Shown here: one piece after another, positions 1-9,759 of the stretch
Position numbering within the stretch: the first letter of the stretch is position 1
How the letters are laid out: the number at the start of each line of letters is the position of its first letter
NCBI GenBank assembly: GCA_002339755.1
Contig: DDKT01000081.1
Location: forward strand, 1 to 33,444
DNA length: 33,444 nt
Source: Patescibacteria group bacterium UBA2591
Lineage (GTDB): Bacteria; Patescibacteriota; Patescibacteriia; UBA2591
Direction of reading: 5' to 3'
The notes under the pieces: model-generated
Databases searched by the model: none
The model's input: the letters and a program-made list of their open reading frames with translations, nothing else
What the model was told of the DNA's origin: nothing
Made by a program: the position numbers and the translations under genes

Positions 1-17
1 TTTTTCGACTTTATTAG

Positions 18-37
18 ACTTTACTTTACTTTACTTT
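18..37. repeat. Pentanucleotide microsatellite (ACTTT)x4
   Basis: Read directly: actttactttactttacttt, four perfect tandem units. Confidence 0.8.
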
Positions 38-56
38 AAATTTCAATTTTTAGTTA

Positions 57-124
57 CCTTTTAGATGATTTAACCGATATCTTTTCAGTTACATTTAGAT
101 GATTTAATACGCCATATCTTGCCA
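57..124 (+). repeat. 34-nt tandem duplication containing the core TTAGATGATTTAA; the second unit resembles the 3' end of the Rrf2 gene
   Basis: Unit 1 is cttttagatgatttaaccgatatctttt and unit 2 is catttagatgatttaatacgccatatcttgcc. The 15-mer TTAGATGATTTAATA (95-109) is identical to 2186-2200 inside the Rrf2 CDS. Both copies are followed by TTGCCAAA. Confidence 0.7.
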
Positions 125-183
125 AAGAAAACAACCTCTGAAATAATAAAAGCGTTACCCATGTCCTCATCCAGTGCATACCC

Positions 184-212
184 TTGACAAAATTGATGCA
201 ATGTGCTATATT
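184..212 (+). promoter_or_regulatory. Sigma70-type promoter of the MYG1-like gene
   Basis: TTGACA (184-189), 17-nt spacer ending in TGC (extended -10), then TATATT (207-212). This lies ~55 nt upstream of the ATG at 269. Confidence 0.65.
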
Positions 213-268
213 TTAAATAGCAACGGGAGATAGTCTCCGGTTGAAATCTACTATACAGGAGGTGCGAA

Positions 269-1318
269 ATGGTACGACTTGTGATAAGAGTAGTAGATGA
301 AACTGAAACGGTTTTCTTTAATACCCATGAGGGTCCCCATCTGGATGAGATAGTCGCCAAATGGCTTATTGAGAAATTCGGGAATAAAGAGTTTCTCGAT
401 AAGTACGTTCCAAATAGAATTTTAGAAATAGGAATTGGCGGTGGTGTTTTTGATGAACACCCCGTTAACAGTGAGCGCAAAGAGGGTGAGTGTGCTGCAA
501 CCCTGGTAGCAAAGGCTCTTGGGGTAGATGATAACCCAGCACTTGAGAACATTCTTAAGTTTGTGATCACTCATGACCTTAAGGGCGGAGCTCAACCTTT
601 CGATCTCGACTACTTGGTAAAGTTGCTTCATCAGCAGTTCCCAAACGATCCCGAAAAGGTAATTGAGTGGGCAATGGTAGGCCTCGAGGCAAAATACCAA
701 GAGCAGCTTCAGTTCTTTACTGCTACGAAGCAGGAATTTGAACGGGCTGCCGAAATCGAGGAGGTGGAAGGACCGGGTGGGCAAACACTCAAGATGGTGA
801 CTGTTGTTTCCGACGATGAACAGATGAGTAAGTTTGCTCGTTCTTCTTTCGGCGGACGCGCGGCCATTATTATCCAGAAGCAATCGTTGGGGAATGTCCA
901 AATCTATACTAATAAGCGGTACGGACTGACCCTCTACGACGTTACCCAGATGATTCGTCTTGCTGAACAGCGGGCGAAAGGGCAAGTCGTGACAACCGAC
1001 TGGAAGACGCTCAGTTCTGAAGGTAAGGTTGAAGGCGCTAAGGAGTGGTTCTTCCATCAAACTGGCCAGATGCTCCTGAATGGAAGCTTGACCGCTCCAG
1101 ATGTTCCACCCACCCGACTATCTCTTGGGCAAATTAAAGAGATAGTTCGGATTGGAGTTAATCCTCAAGCCTTCGAACAATCGCGATCGCAATGGTGTCG
1201 AAGCGGGAACTGTACCTCTACGCGTAATCAGTGTCCCTGGTACCCATGGGGGCTTCATCGCTGCCGGGCAATCCGGTATAAGATGAGGAACCCAAACCAC
1301 TTTCTCAATTCGCACTAA
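269..1318 (+). CDS. MYG1/UPF0160-like (DHH-superfamily) metal-dependent phosphoesterase, distant, with a Cys-rich C-terminal tail
   Basis: AGGAGG lies 7 nt before the ATG. The 349-aa ORF is ~48% GC against ~30% in the rest of the window. The motif order THEGPHLDE ... GIGGGVFDEH ... WFFHQTGQMLLNGS parallels MYG1 THxGxFHxDE ... GG..D..DHH ... FVHxSGFIGG. The last 40 aa carry CX4CX7CX9C. Confidence 0.55.
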   Translation: MVRLVIRVVDETETVFFNTHEGPHLDEIVAKWLIEKFGNKEFLDKYVPNRILEIGIGGGVFDEHPVNSERKEGECAATLVAKALGVDDNPALENILKFVITHDLKGGAQPFDLDYLVKLLHQQFPNDPEKVIEWAMVGLEAKYQEQLQFFTATKQEFERAAEIEEVEGPGGQTLKMVTVVSDDEQMSKFARSSFGGRAAIIIQKQSLGNVQIYTNKRYGLTLYDVTQMIRLAEQRAKGQVVTTDWKTLSSEGKVEGAKEWFFHQTGQMLLNGSLTAPDVPPTRLSLGQIKEIVRIGVNPQAFEQSRSQWCRSGNCTSTRNQCPWYPWGLHRCRAIRYKMRNPNHFLNSH

Positions 1319-1343
1319 CGTGCGAGAAGAGAAGTGTCACTAC

Positions 1344-1384
1344 AAAAGAAGGGTGAGATTCGCCTTCCCTTCTTTTTGTTTTTT
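1344..1384 (+). terminator. Rho-independent terminator
   Basis: Perfect 10-bp stem aaaagaaggg / cccttctttt with a 13-nt loop, followed by tgtttttt, 26 nt after the stop codon. Confidence 0.8.
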
Positions 1385-1476
1385 AAAGCTGTCAAGGCTA
1401 TTTAGAAATTTCATACCTACGAGCCAAATAGAAATTTCATACCTGGCAGAATTGATGGTTTTTAACCTCGACCTTT
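1381..1476 (+). repeat. Module copy M2 (~95 nt): 5' box CTGTCAAGG, two exact 16-nt iterons, and a degenerate -35-like TGGCAG-ATTGATG
   Basis: TAGAAATTTCATACCT is exact at 1403-1418 and 1429-1444 (26-nt spacing). By hand alignment the block is ~80% identical to 17826-17920. Confidence 0.8.
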
Positions 1477-1745
1477 AAAATTTGAATTTTTTAGAAAATT
1501 GATCAAAAAATCTAGGTTTTTAGAAAATCAACTAAAAAGTGAAGCTCCAGGAAGCCCGTAGACAAACGTTTTAAGCCTGAGATGATGTCTGCATACCTGT
1601 TTTATCCAAAAAATTGAAATAATTTTTCAAAGGTCGAAATCATTATTAACATCATTAACAATCAAATAATTTTTTCCTAACCTTATCTTAACTTTGTCAA
1701 AAAGTTGTTGGATTATGGGAGTCACTGCAATATAAGTATAAATGC

Positions 1746-1775
1746 TTGACATCTCTGTTTAGTATCTGATATACT
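1746..1775 (+). promoter_or_regulatory. Sigma70-type promoter of the Rrf2-cysK-nifS-iscU-mnmA-thiI operon
   Basis: TTGACA (1746-1751), 18-nt spacer, TATACT (1770-1775). Confidence 0.65.
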
Positions 1776-1800
1776 AAAACCGACTGATATAGTCGGTTTT
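1776..1800. promoter_or_regulatory. IscR type-1-like operator palindrome
   Basis: AAAACCGACTgatatAGTCGGTTTT has perfect 10-bp arms. It matches the GACT-N5-AGTC core and the YY/RR flanks of the E. coli IscR type-1 consensus ATASYYGACTRWWWYAGTCRRSTAT. It lies between the -10 box and the ATG at 1802. Confidence 0.6.
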
Positions 1801-1801
1801 T

Positions 1802-2245
1802 ATGTTAAAGATTTCTACAAAATCTCAATACGGCTTAAGAGCAATGGTTTGTCTGGCGAAATCTAAAGACAAAATTTGTTCTCTTAGGTCAATTTCTGAA
1901 AAAGAAGATATTCCTTTTGATTATTTGGAGAAAATAATCTCAAGACTAGAGAAAGCAAACTTAGTAAAAGCTAAAAAGGGTATCCAGGGAGGATATTTTT
2001 TGGCTCAAAAGTCAACAGAAATTAAAGTAGGTAAAATAATAAGAGTTTTAGAAGGAAAAATGAGTTTAGTTAAATGTATTGGAGAAAAAGAAAAACATCT
2101 TTGTCCGAGAGAGAAAAGATGTGTAACTAAAAATTTTTGGGAAAAAATTCAGGACACTTTAAATACTGCTCTAGATTCTTTAACCTTAGATGATTTAATA
2201 TTGCCAAAAAATATATTGGAAACCCGATATAAAACTAAAAAATAA
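1802..2245 (+). CDS. Rrf2-family transcriptional regulator, IscR-like (putative Fe-S cluster ligating)
   Basis: The N-terminal wHTH MLKISTKSQYGLRAMVCLAK is typical of Rrf2. Three Cys occur as CX8CX5C (VKCIGEKEKHLCPREKRC) where IscR/NsrR bind their cluster. It is the first gene before nifS-iscU. Confidence 0.9.
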   Translation: MLKISTKSQYGLRAMVCLAKSKDKICSLRSISEKEDIPFDYLEKIISRLEKANLVKAKKGIQGGYFLAQKSTEIKVGKIIRVLEGKMSLVKCIGEKEKHLCPREKRCVTKNFWEKIQDTLNTALDSLTLDDLILPKNILETRYKTKK

Positions 2246-2250
2246 ATAAT

Positions 2251-3165
2251 ATGTCTAAAATTACTCAAAATATCACAGATTTAATAGGAAACACCCCCCT
2301 CATTAAGATAAATAAATTAACAAAAGAAAATGAGGCAATGATTTATGCTAAGCTCGAATGGTTTAATGTTGGTGGCTCGGTAAAAGACAGAATGGCAAAG
2401 TATTTAATAGAATATGCTGAAGCAACAGGAAAATTAACAAAAGATAAAGTCATCCTAGAAGCAACTTCAGGAAATACCGGAATTGCTTTGGCCATGATAG
2501 CTGCGGCAAAGGGGTACAAAACTTTAATTGTCATGCCAGAATCTGTAACAGTAGAAAGAAGAAAAATAATAAAGATTTATGGAGCAGAATTAATTCTTAC
2601 AGGAAGTAAAAAGGGGACAGGAGGCGCTATAGAGTTCAAGCAAAAATTATTTAAAGAAAATCCAGAGAAATACGTTGATTTAGATCAATTTAAAAACCCA
2701 GCGAACATCCTTGCTCATTATCAAACCACTGGCAAAGAAATTCTTGAACAAACAAAGGGGAAAGTAGATATGATTATAGTTGGGTTAGGAACAGCTGGAA
2801 CAGGCGTGGGAATTTCAATGCGGACTAAAGAATACAATCCGGCAATAAAAATAATAGGCGTTATTCCAAAATTAGGTACTTGCATTCAGGGGTTAAGAAA
2901 TCCAAAAGAGCCATGCCCAACTCAACTTTTTAGAGAAGAATGGTTTGATGAGGTTATAGAAATAAACGAGAAAGAAAAAGAAAAAACTTTTGAAACTATT
3001 AGAGAAATGGCAAGAAAAGAAGGATTGTTAATAGGGATGAGCACTGGAGCAATAATGTATATTGCTTTAAAAAAAGCGAAAGAATTGGGCAAAGGCAAAA
3101 CAATAGTTGCCATCCTGCCAGACTCAGGAGAAAGATACTTAAGCACAGAACTCTTTTCAGATTAA
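2251..3165 (+). CDS. cysK: Cysteine synthase family PLP enzyme (O-acetylserine sulfhydrylase-like)
   Basis: Motifs seen: GNTPL, the PLP-lysine motif GGSVKDR, TSGNTGIALA, and the glycine loop GLGTAGTG. Length is 304 aa. Confidence 0.85.
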   Translation: MSKITQNITDLIGNTPLIKINKLTKENEAMIYAKLEWFNVGGSVKDRMAKYLIEYAEATGKLTKDKVILEATSGNTGIALAMIAAAKGYKTLIVMPESVTVERRKIIKIYGAELILTGSKKGTGGAIEFKQKLFKENPEKYVDLDQFKNPANILAHYQTTGKEILEQTKGKVDMIIVGLGTAGTGVGISMRTKEYNPAIKIIGVIPKLGTCIQGLRNPKEPCPTQLFREEWFDEVIEINEKEKEKTFETIREMARKEGLLIGMSTGAIMYIALKKAKELGKGKTIVAILPDSGERYLSTELFSD

Positions 3166-3192
3166 AAATTGAAAATGAAATAACTAATAAAT

Positions 3193-4356
3193 ATGAAAAA
3201 GAAAATCTATTTAGATTACGCAGCCACCACTCCTATTGATCCACGAGTACTCAAAATAATGTCACCTTACTTTTCTGAGAAATTCGGAAACACAATGTCA
3301 CTCCATAGCCTTGGTCAAGAAGCTAAACAGGCTTTAGAGAAAAGTAGAGAAACGATTGCCAACTTAATTGCCGCTAAATCTGATGAAATAATTTTCACAA
3401 GTTCAGCCACTGAAAGTAACAATTTAGCCCTAAAAGGTATTGCCTTTGCTAACCAGGATAAGAAAAATCATATTATTATTTCCTCAATTGAACATCCTTG
3501 TATTATGGAAAGTGCTAAATGGTTGGAAACAAAAGGATTTGAAATAACCAGATTGCCAGTTGATAAATATGGTTTAGTTGATCCTGAAAATGTCGAAAAA
3601 GCAATTAAACCAGAAACAATTTTAGTTTCTGTAATTCATGCTTCAAATGAGATTGGAACAATTCAACCAATTGAAAAAATAGGAAAAATTTGCAAGAAAA
3701 AAAAAGTTTACTTCCATACTGATGCTGCTCAAAGTTTTGGAAAAATTCCCCTTGATGTAAATAAAATGAAGATAGATTTATTAACTACTTCTTCTCATAA
3801 AATGTATGGGCCAAAAGGAGCAGCTTGTTTATTTGTTAGAAAAGAAGTAAAAATCGAACCCATTTTACATGGCGGTAGCCATGAAAAAGGATTAAGGTCT
3901 TCGACAATAAATATTCCGGCAATCATTGGCTTTGCCGAGGCTTGCAAAATCTCTCAAAAAGAAATGAAAACAGAAAATGAAAGATTGACGAAATTGAGAG
4001 ACAAATTAATCAAAAAAATTTTAAAAACCATCCCTAATTCTTATTTAAATGGCCATTCTAAAAAAAGATTGTCCAATAACGCTAATTTTTGGTTTGAGTT
4101 TGTAGAAGGTGAATCAATAGTTATCCAGCTTGATTTATTAGGAATAGCCGCTTCCACTGGTTCAGCCTGTTCTTCAGCAAAATTAGAACCTTCTCATGTC
4201 CTTCTGGCAATTGGCTTAAAGCCTCAGCAAGCCCATGGTTCTCTAAGATTAAGCTTAGGTCGTTGGACAAAAGAAAAGGAAATCGACCATCTTTTAGAGG
4301 TCTTACCAAAAGTAATCAAAAAACTAAGAGAAATTTCGCCTTTCAAAAAGAATTAA
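3193..4356 (+). CDS. nifS: Cysteine desulfurase, NifS-type (class V aminotransferase)
   Basis: Motifs seen: IYLDYAATTP, the PLP lysine SSHKMYGPKG, and the catalytic Cys loop STGSACSS. At 387 aa it lacks the long IscS C-terminal tail. Confidence 0.9.
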   Translation: MKKKIYLDYAATTPIDPRVLKIMSPYFSEKFGNTMSLHSLGQEAKQALEKSRETIANLIAAKSDEIIFTSSATESNNLALKGIAFANQDKKNHIIISSIEHPCIMESAKWLETKGFEITRLPVDKYGLVDPENVEKAIKPETILVSVIHASNEIGTIQPIEKIGKICKKKKVYFHTDAAQSFGKIPLDVNKMKIDLLTTSSHKMYGPKGAACLFVRKEVKIEPILHGGSHEKGLRSSTINIPAIIGFAEACKISQKEMKTENERLTKLRDKLIKKILKTIPNSYLNGHSKKRLSNNANFWFEFVEGESIVIQLDLLGIAASTGSACSSAKLEPSHVLLAIGLKPQQAHGSLRLSLGRWTKEKEIDHLLEVLPKVIKKLREISPFKKN

Positions 4357-4370
4357 ATAAAGTTAGAAAT

Positions 4371-4907
4371 ATGAAACAAATTGGACTTTATACTAAAAAA
4401 GTTATTGAACATTTCCAAAAACCACATAATATGGGAAAAATTAAAAATCCTGATGCAGTTGGCCAGGCTGGGAATATTATTTGTGGTGATACAATGCAAC
4501 TTTATATTAAAGTTAAAAAAAATAAACAAGGCAGAGAAATAATTAAAGACGCCTCTTTCGAGACGCTGGGCTGTGTAGCAGCTATAGCCACGAGTAGCGT
4601 GATTACTGATTTAATAAAAGGGAAAGCCTTAGAAAAAGCTTTAGAATTTGACAAAGCAGAAATTGTAAAAGAATTGGACGGGTTGCCTCCTGTAAAAGTT
4701 CATTGTTCAGTTTTAGCAGTTGATGCCCTTTATGAGGCAATTTATGATTATTTCAAAAAGAAAAAGAAAAAAATTCCAGAAAAGTTATCAAAAATTCATC
4801 AAAGAATCAAAAAAGAAAAGAAAGAAATTAAAAAAAGATATAAAGAATGGGAAAAAAATGAAGAAGAAATGTATAAAAAAATAATAAATGAAAAAACCAA
4901 AAAATAA
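4371..4907 (+). CDS. iscU: Fe-S cluster scaffold IscU/NifU N-terminal domain, with a ~50-aa Lys/Glu-rich C-terminal extension
   Basis: Three scaffold cysteines are present: NIICGDTM, TLGCVAAIA and KVHCSVLA. The ATG at 4371 (MKQIGLYTKKVIEHF) is preferred because the upstream part of ORF 4263 overlaps the nifS 3' end. The tail reads KKKKKKIPEKLSKIHQRIKKEKKEIKKRYKEW. Confidence 0.85.
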   Translation: MKQIGLYTKKVIEHFQKPHNMGKIKNPDAVGQAGNIICGDTMQLYIKVKKNKQGREIIKDASFETLGCVAAIATSSVITDLIKGKALEKALEFDKAEIVKELDGLPPVKVHCSVLAVDALYEAIYDYFKKKKKKIPEKLSKIHQRIKKEKKEIKKRYKEWEKNEEEMYKKIINEKTKK

Positions 4908-5976
4908 AAAAGTAATCTGCGCAATGTCAGGAGGGGTAGATAGTTCAGTAGTAGCAACCCTATTAAAAAAAGCTGGATTTGATATTGTTGGGATTTTTAT
5001 GAAGTTTTGGACAATGTCCAAAAAAAATGATTTGATTGGTGAGCGGAATAAATGTTGCATTCCTGAGGCTGAGGATAGAGCAAGAGAGGTAGCAAAGATT
5101 TTAAATATCCCATTTTATGTTTTTAATTTTGAAAAGGAATTCAAAAAAAAGGTTATTGATTATTTTTTAACTGAATACAAAGTAGGCAAAACTCCAAATC
5201 CTTGTGTAGTTTGCAATAAAAAAATAAAATTTGGACTTCTATTAAAGAAAGCTTTAACTCTAGGAGCTGATTTTTTGGCTACTGGACATTATGCTCGTCT
5301 TCAAAAAAGAGCAGATGGAATCCATCTTTTAAGAGGGAAAGATAAAAAGAAAGATCAGTCTTATTTTCTCTGGCAACTTAATCAAAAGCAATTAAAACAT
5401 ATTTTATTTCCGCTTGGAAATTATAATAAGATTCAGGTCAGAAATTTAGCAAAAAAGTTTAATTTACCAGTTTTGGATATTCCAGAATCAATGGAAGTCT
5501 GTTTTATTAAAACCACTGTTAATGACTTTTTGGCTCAATATATTAAACCAAAACCAGGTCCGATTTTAACTATCGAAGGTAAAAAAATTGGCCAACATCA
5601 AGGCCTACCATTTTATACTATTGGTCAAAGAAAAAGGATCGAACTTTCAGGAGGTCCTTTTTATGTGGTGGCTAAAAATTTAAAAGAAAATACTTTAATT
5701 GTCACTCACTTTTTAAATATTAAAAGTCTTTATAAAAAAAGTTTAATTGCCCAAAATGTCAATTGGATCTCTAATAAAGAACCTAAATTACCTTTAAAAA
5801 TAAAAGCTCAAATTAGATACGGCCACAGAATTGTTTCAGCTACAGTAACTAAAAAACTAAAAGCTGAAAACTTTGAACTAACTTTTACCAAACCCCAACG
5901 AGCCATCACCCCTGGTCAGTCAGTAGTCTTTTATCAGAACCAAGAACTTTTGGCTGGAGGAATAATTGCATCGTAA
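4888..5976 (+). CDS. mnmA: tRNA 2-thiouridine(34) synthase
   Basis: PP-loop CAMSGGVDSSV, NPCVVCN, ATGHYAR. Length is 362 aa. The start overlaps the iscU 3' end by 20 nt. Confidence 0.9.
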   Translation: MKKPKNKKVICAMSGGVDSSVVATLLKKAGFDIVGIFMKFWTMSKKNDLIGERNKCCIPEAEDRAREVAKILNIPFYVFNFEKEFKKKVIDYFLTEYKVGKTPNPCVVCNKKIKFGLLLKKALTLGADFLATGHYARLQKRADGIHLLRGKDKKKDQSYFLWQLNQKQLKHILFPLGNYNKIQVRNLAKKFNLPVLDIPESMEVCFIKTTVNDFLAQYIKPKPGPILTIEGKKIGQHQGLPFYTIGQRKRIELSGGPFYVVAKNLKENTLIVTHFLNIKSLYKKSLIAQNVNWISNKEPKLPLKIKAQIRYGHRIVSATVTKKLKAENFELTFTKPQRAITPGQSVVFYQNQELLAGGIIAS

Positions 5977-5980
5977 ACTT

Positions 5981-7135
5981 ATGAAAAAGATACCAAAAAG
6001 AGGAATATTAATTGCCTTGGGAGAACTTTTTTTAAAATCAGAAAGAGTAAGAGAAATCTTTGAAAGAACCCTGATTAAAAATATTTCTTTTTTCCTTAAG
6101 AAGGAAAATTTGAATTTTCGGATTTACCGATTAAGAACAAGAATATTTGTTGAAGTTAACCAAAGCAGAAAAGCTCTAACTGTTTTAAAGAATATCTTTG
6201 GGATTTCTTGGCTGGCAGATAGTTTCTTTTTTGAAAAAACAACAATAAAAGAATTTTCTACTTTCTTGGCTAAAAATTACCAAAATTGGATTAAAGAGGA
6301 AGAAACCTTTGCTATTAGATTAAAAAAAGAAGGAATAAAAGAAAATAGAGAAGAAATTATTGATGAAATCACTAAAATGATTAAAAGAAAAGTTAATCTT
6401 TCAAGCCCCAAAAAAGAAATTTTTGTTGAGATTAGAAAAAACAATTGGTTTTTGTATTTCAAAAAAATAAAGAGTCAAGGAGGATTACCAGTTGGAACTA
6501 GCGGAAAGGTTCTCTCTTTTATCTCAGGAGGTATTGATTCTTCAGTAGCTGCTTTTTTGATTACTAAAAGAGGAGCAGAGAGTGTCTGGTTACATTTCCA
6601 TAGTTTTCCTTTGGTTTCTAAAGCAAGTATTGAGAAGATAAAAGAATTAGCGAAAGTTTTTTTAAATTATCAACCCCATCTTAAAATCTATTTGATTCCT
6701 TTTCAAACAGCTCAAATAGAAATTAAAATAAAAACACCTACCAAATACAGAATTTTACTTTATCGAAGATTAATGTTTAAAATTGCTGAAAAAATTGCTA
6801 AAAAAGAAAACTGTCCAGCTTTAGTGACTGGAGAGAGCTTAGCCCAGGTAAGTTCTCAAACTTTACCAAATTTAAACATTATTGAAAAAGGGATTAAACT
6901 TTCAATTTTAAGACCATTGATCGGAATAGATAAAGAAGAAATAATTAATTTAGCAAAAAAAATTAAAACCTTTCAAATTTCAATAAAACACCAAGAGGAT
7001 TGCTGTACTTTATTTGCTCCTAAACATCAAACAGCAGAAGGTAATTTAAAAACAATAAAAGAATTAGAAAAGAAATTAAAAATTAAGAAGATAATTCAAG
7101 AAATTCTTGAAAAAGTTGAAATTGTAAAGTATTAA
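5981..7135 (+). CDS. thiI: tRNA 4-thiouridine synthase ThiI (THUMP plus PP-loop, no rhodanese domain)
   Basis: PP-loop FISGGIDSSVAAF and LVTGESLAQVSSQT. The N-terminal ~170 aa are THUMP-like. The ATG at 5981 is preferred over the TTG at 5966, which overlaps mnmA. Confidence 0.8.
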   Translation: MKKIPKRGILIALGELFLKSERVREIFERTLIKNISFFLKKENLNFRIYRLRTRIFVEVNQSRKALTVLKNIFGISWLADSFFFEKTTIKEFSTFLAKNYQNWIKEEETFAIRLKKEGIKENREEIIDEITKMIKRKVNLSSPKKEIFVEIRKNNWFLYFKKIKSQGGLPVGTSGKVLSFISGGIDSSVAAFLITKRGAESVWLHFHSFPLVSKASIEKIKELAKVFLNYQPHLKIYLIPFQTAQIEIKIKTPTKYRILLYRRLMFKIAEKIAKKENCPALVTGESLAQVSSQTLPNLNIIEKGIKLSILRPLIGIDKEEIINLAKKIKTFQISIKHQEDCCTLFAPKHQTAEGNLKTIKELEKKLKIKKIIQEILEKVEIVKY

Positions 7136-7291
7136 TATTAAAATATTAATGAGAAGGCTGTTGTTTTATATTTTTTAAATAATCACTATTCTTTTGCCAT
7201 CTTTTGTCGTCTCATATAAAAACCAAGTCCTCTCTGTTGATTTAAATGAACTTCACTTCAGATATTAAAACTAAGCGACAAAGAGTTTTAA

Positions 7292-9531
<2,240 letters not shown>

Positions 9532-9688
9532 AATAAACAATGTTAAAAATTTAAGAAATTGAAATGAATAAACCAAACTTAAAAATTGTTTTGAAATGTT
9601 TTATTGCTACCGTTCTTTCTCCAATTAGCAACCCCTCTTTTTAGGTGCCAATATATGTCTTTTATAAAAGACAATATTTTGATAAAAT

Positions 9689-9717
9689 TTGACTTTTTTA
9701 GAAGACAAAAGTAAAGT
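9689..9717 (+). promoter_or_regulatory. Candidate promoter inside the ligA insertion
   Basis: TTGACT (9689-9694), 17-nt spacer, TAAAGT (9712-9717). It could drive the ATPase remnant and the ligA C-fragment. Confidence 0.35.
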
Positions 9718-9759
9718 GTAAATGCATAGAGAATCTTTCAAAAAAAAGAAAACTTTTAA

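Noticed and set aside
85-1315. Minus-strand ORFs 85..570, 422..1060 and 1118..1315
   Set aside because: They lie antisense to the well-supported + strand MYG1-like CDS, which has its own promoter, AGGAGG and terminator. They have no start context and give low-complexity Ser/Leu/Pro-rich translations typical of antisense frames in a GC-richer gene.
1538-1600. GC-richer patch (gtgaagctccaggaagcccgtagacaaacg...) in the island A spacer, considered as a possible sRNA or gene fragment
   Set aside because: It has no open frame, no convincing stem-loop and no similarity to anything else in the window. It is probably a decayed remnant.
4263-4370. N-terminal extension of the iscU ORF (start at 4263)
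   Set aside because: It overlaps the 3' end of nifS in another frame. The homologous IscU sequence begins at MKQIGLYTKK (ATG 4371).
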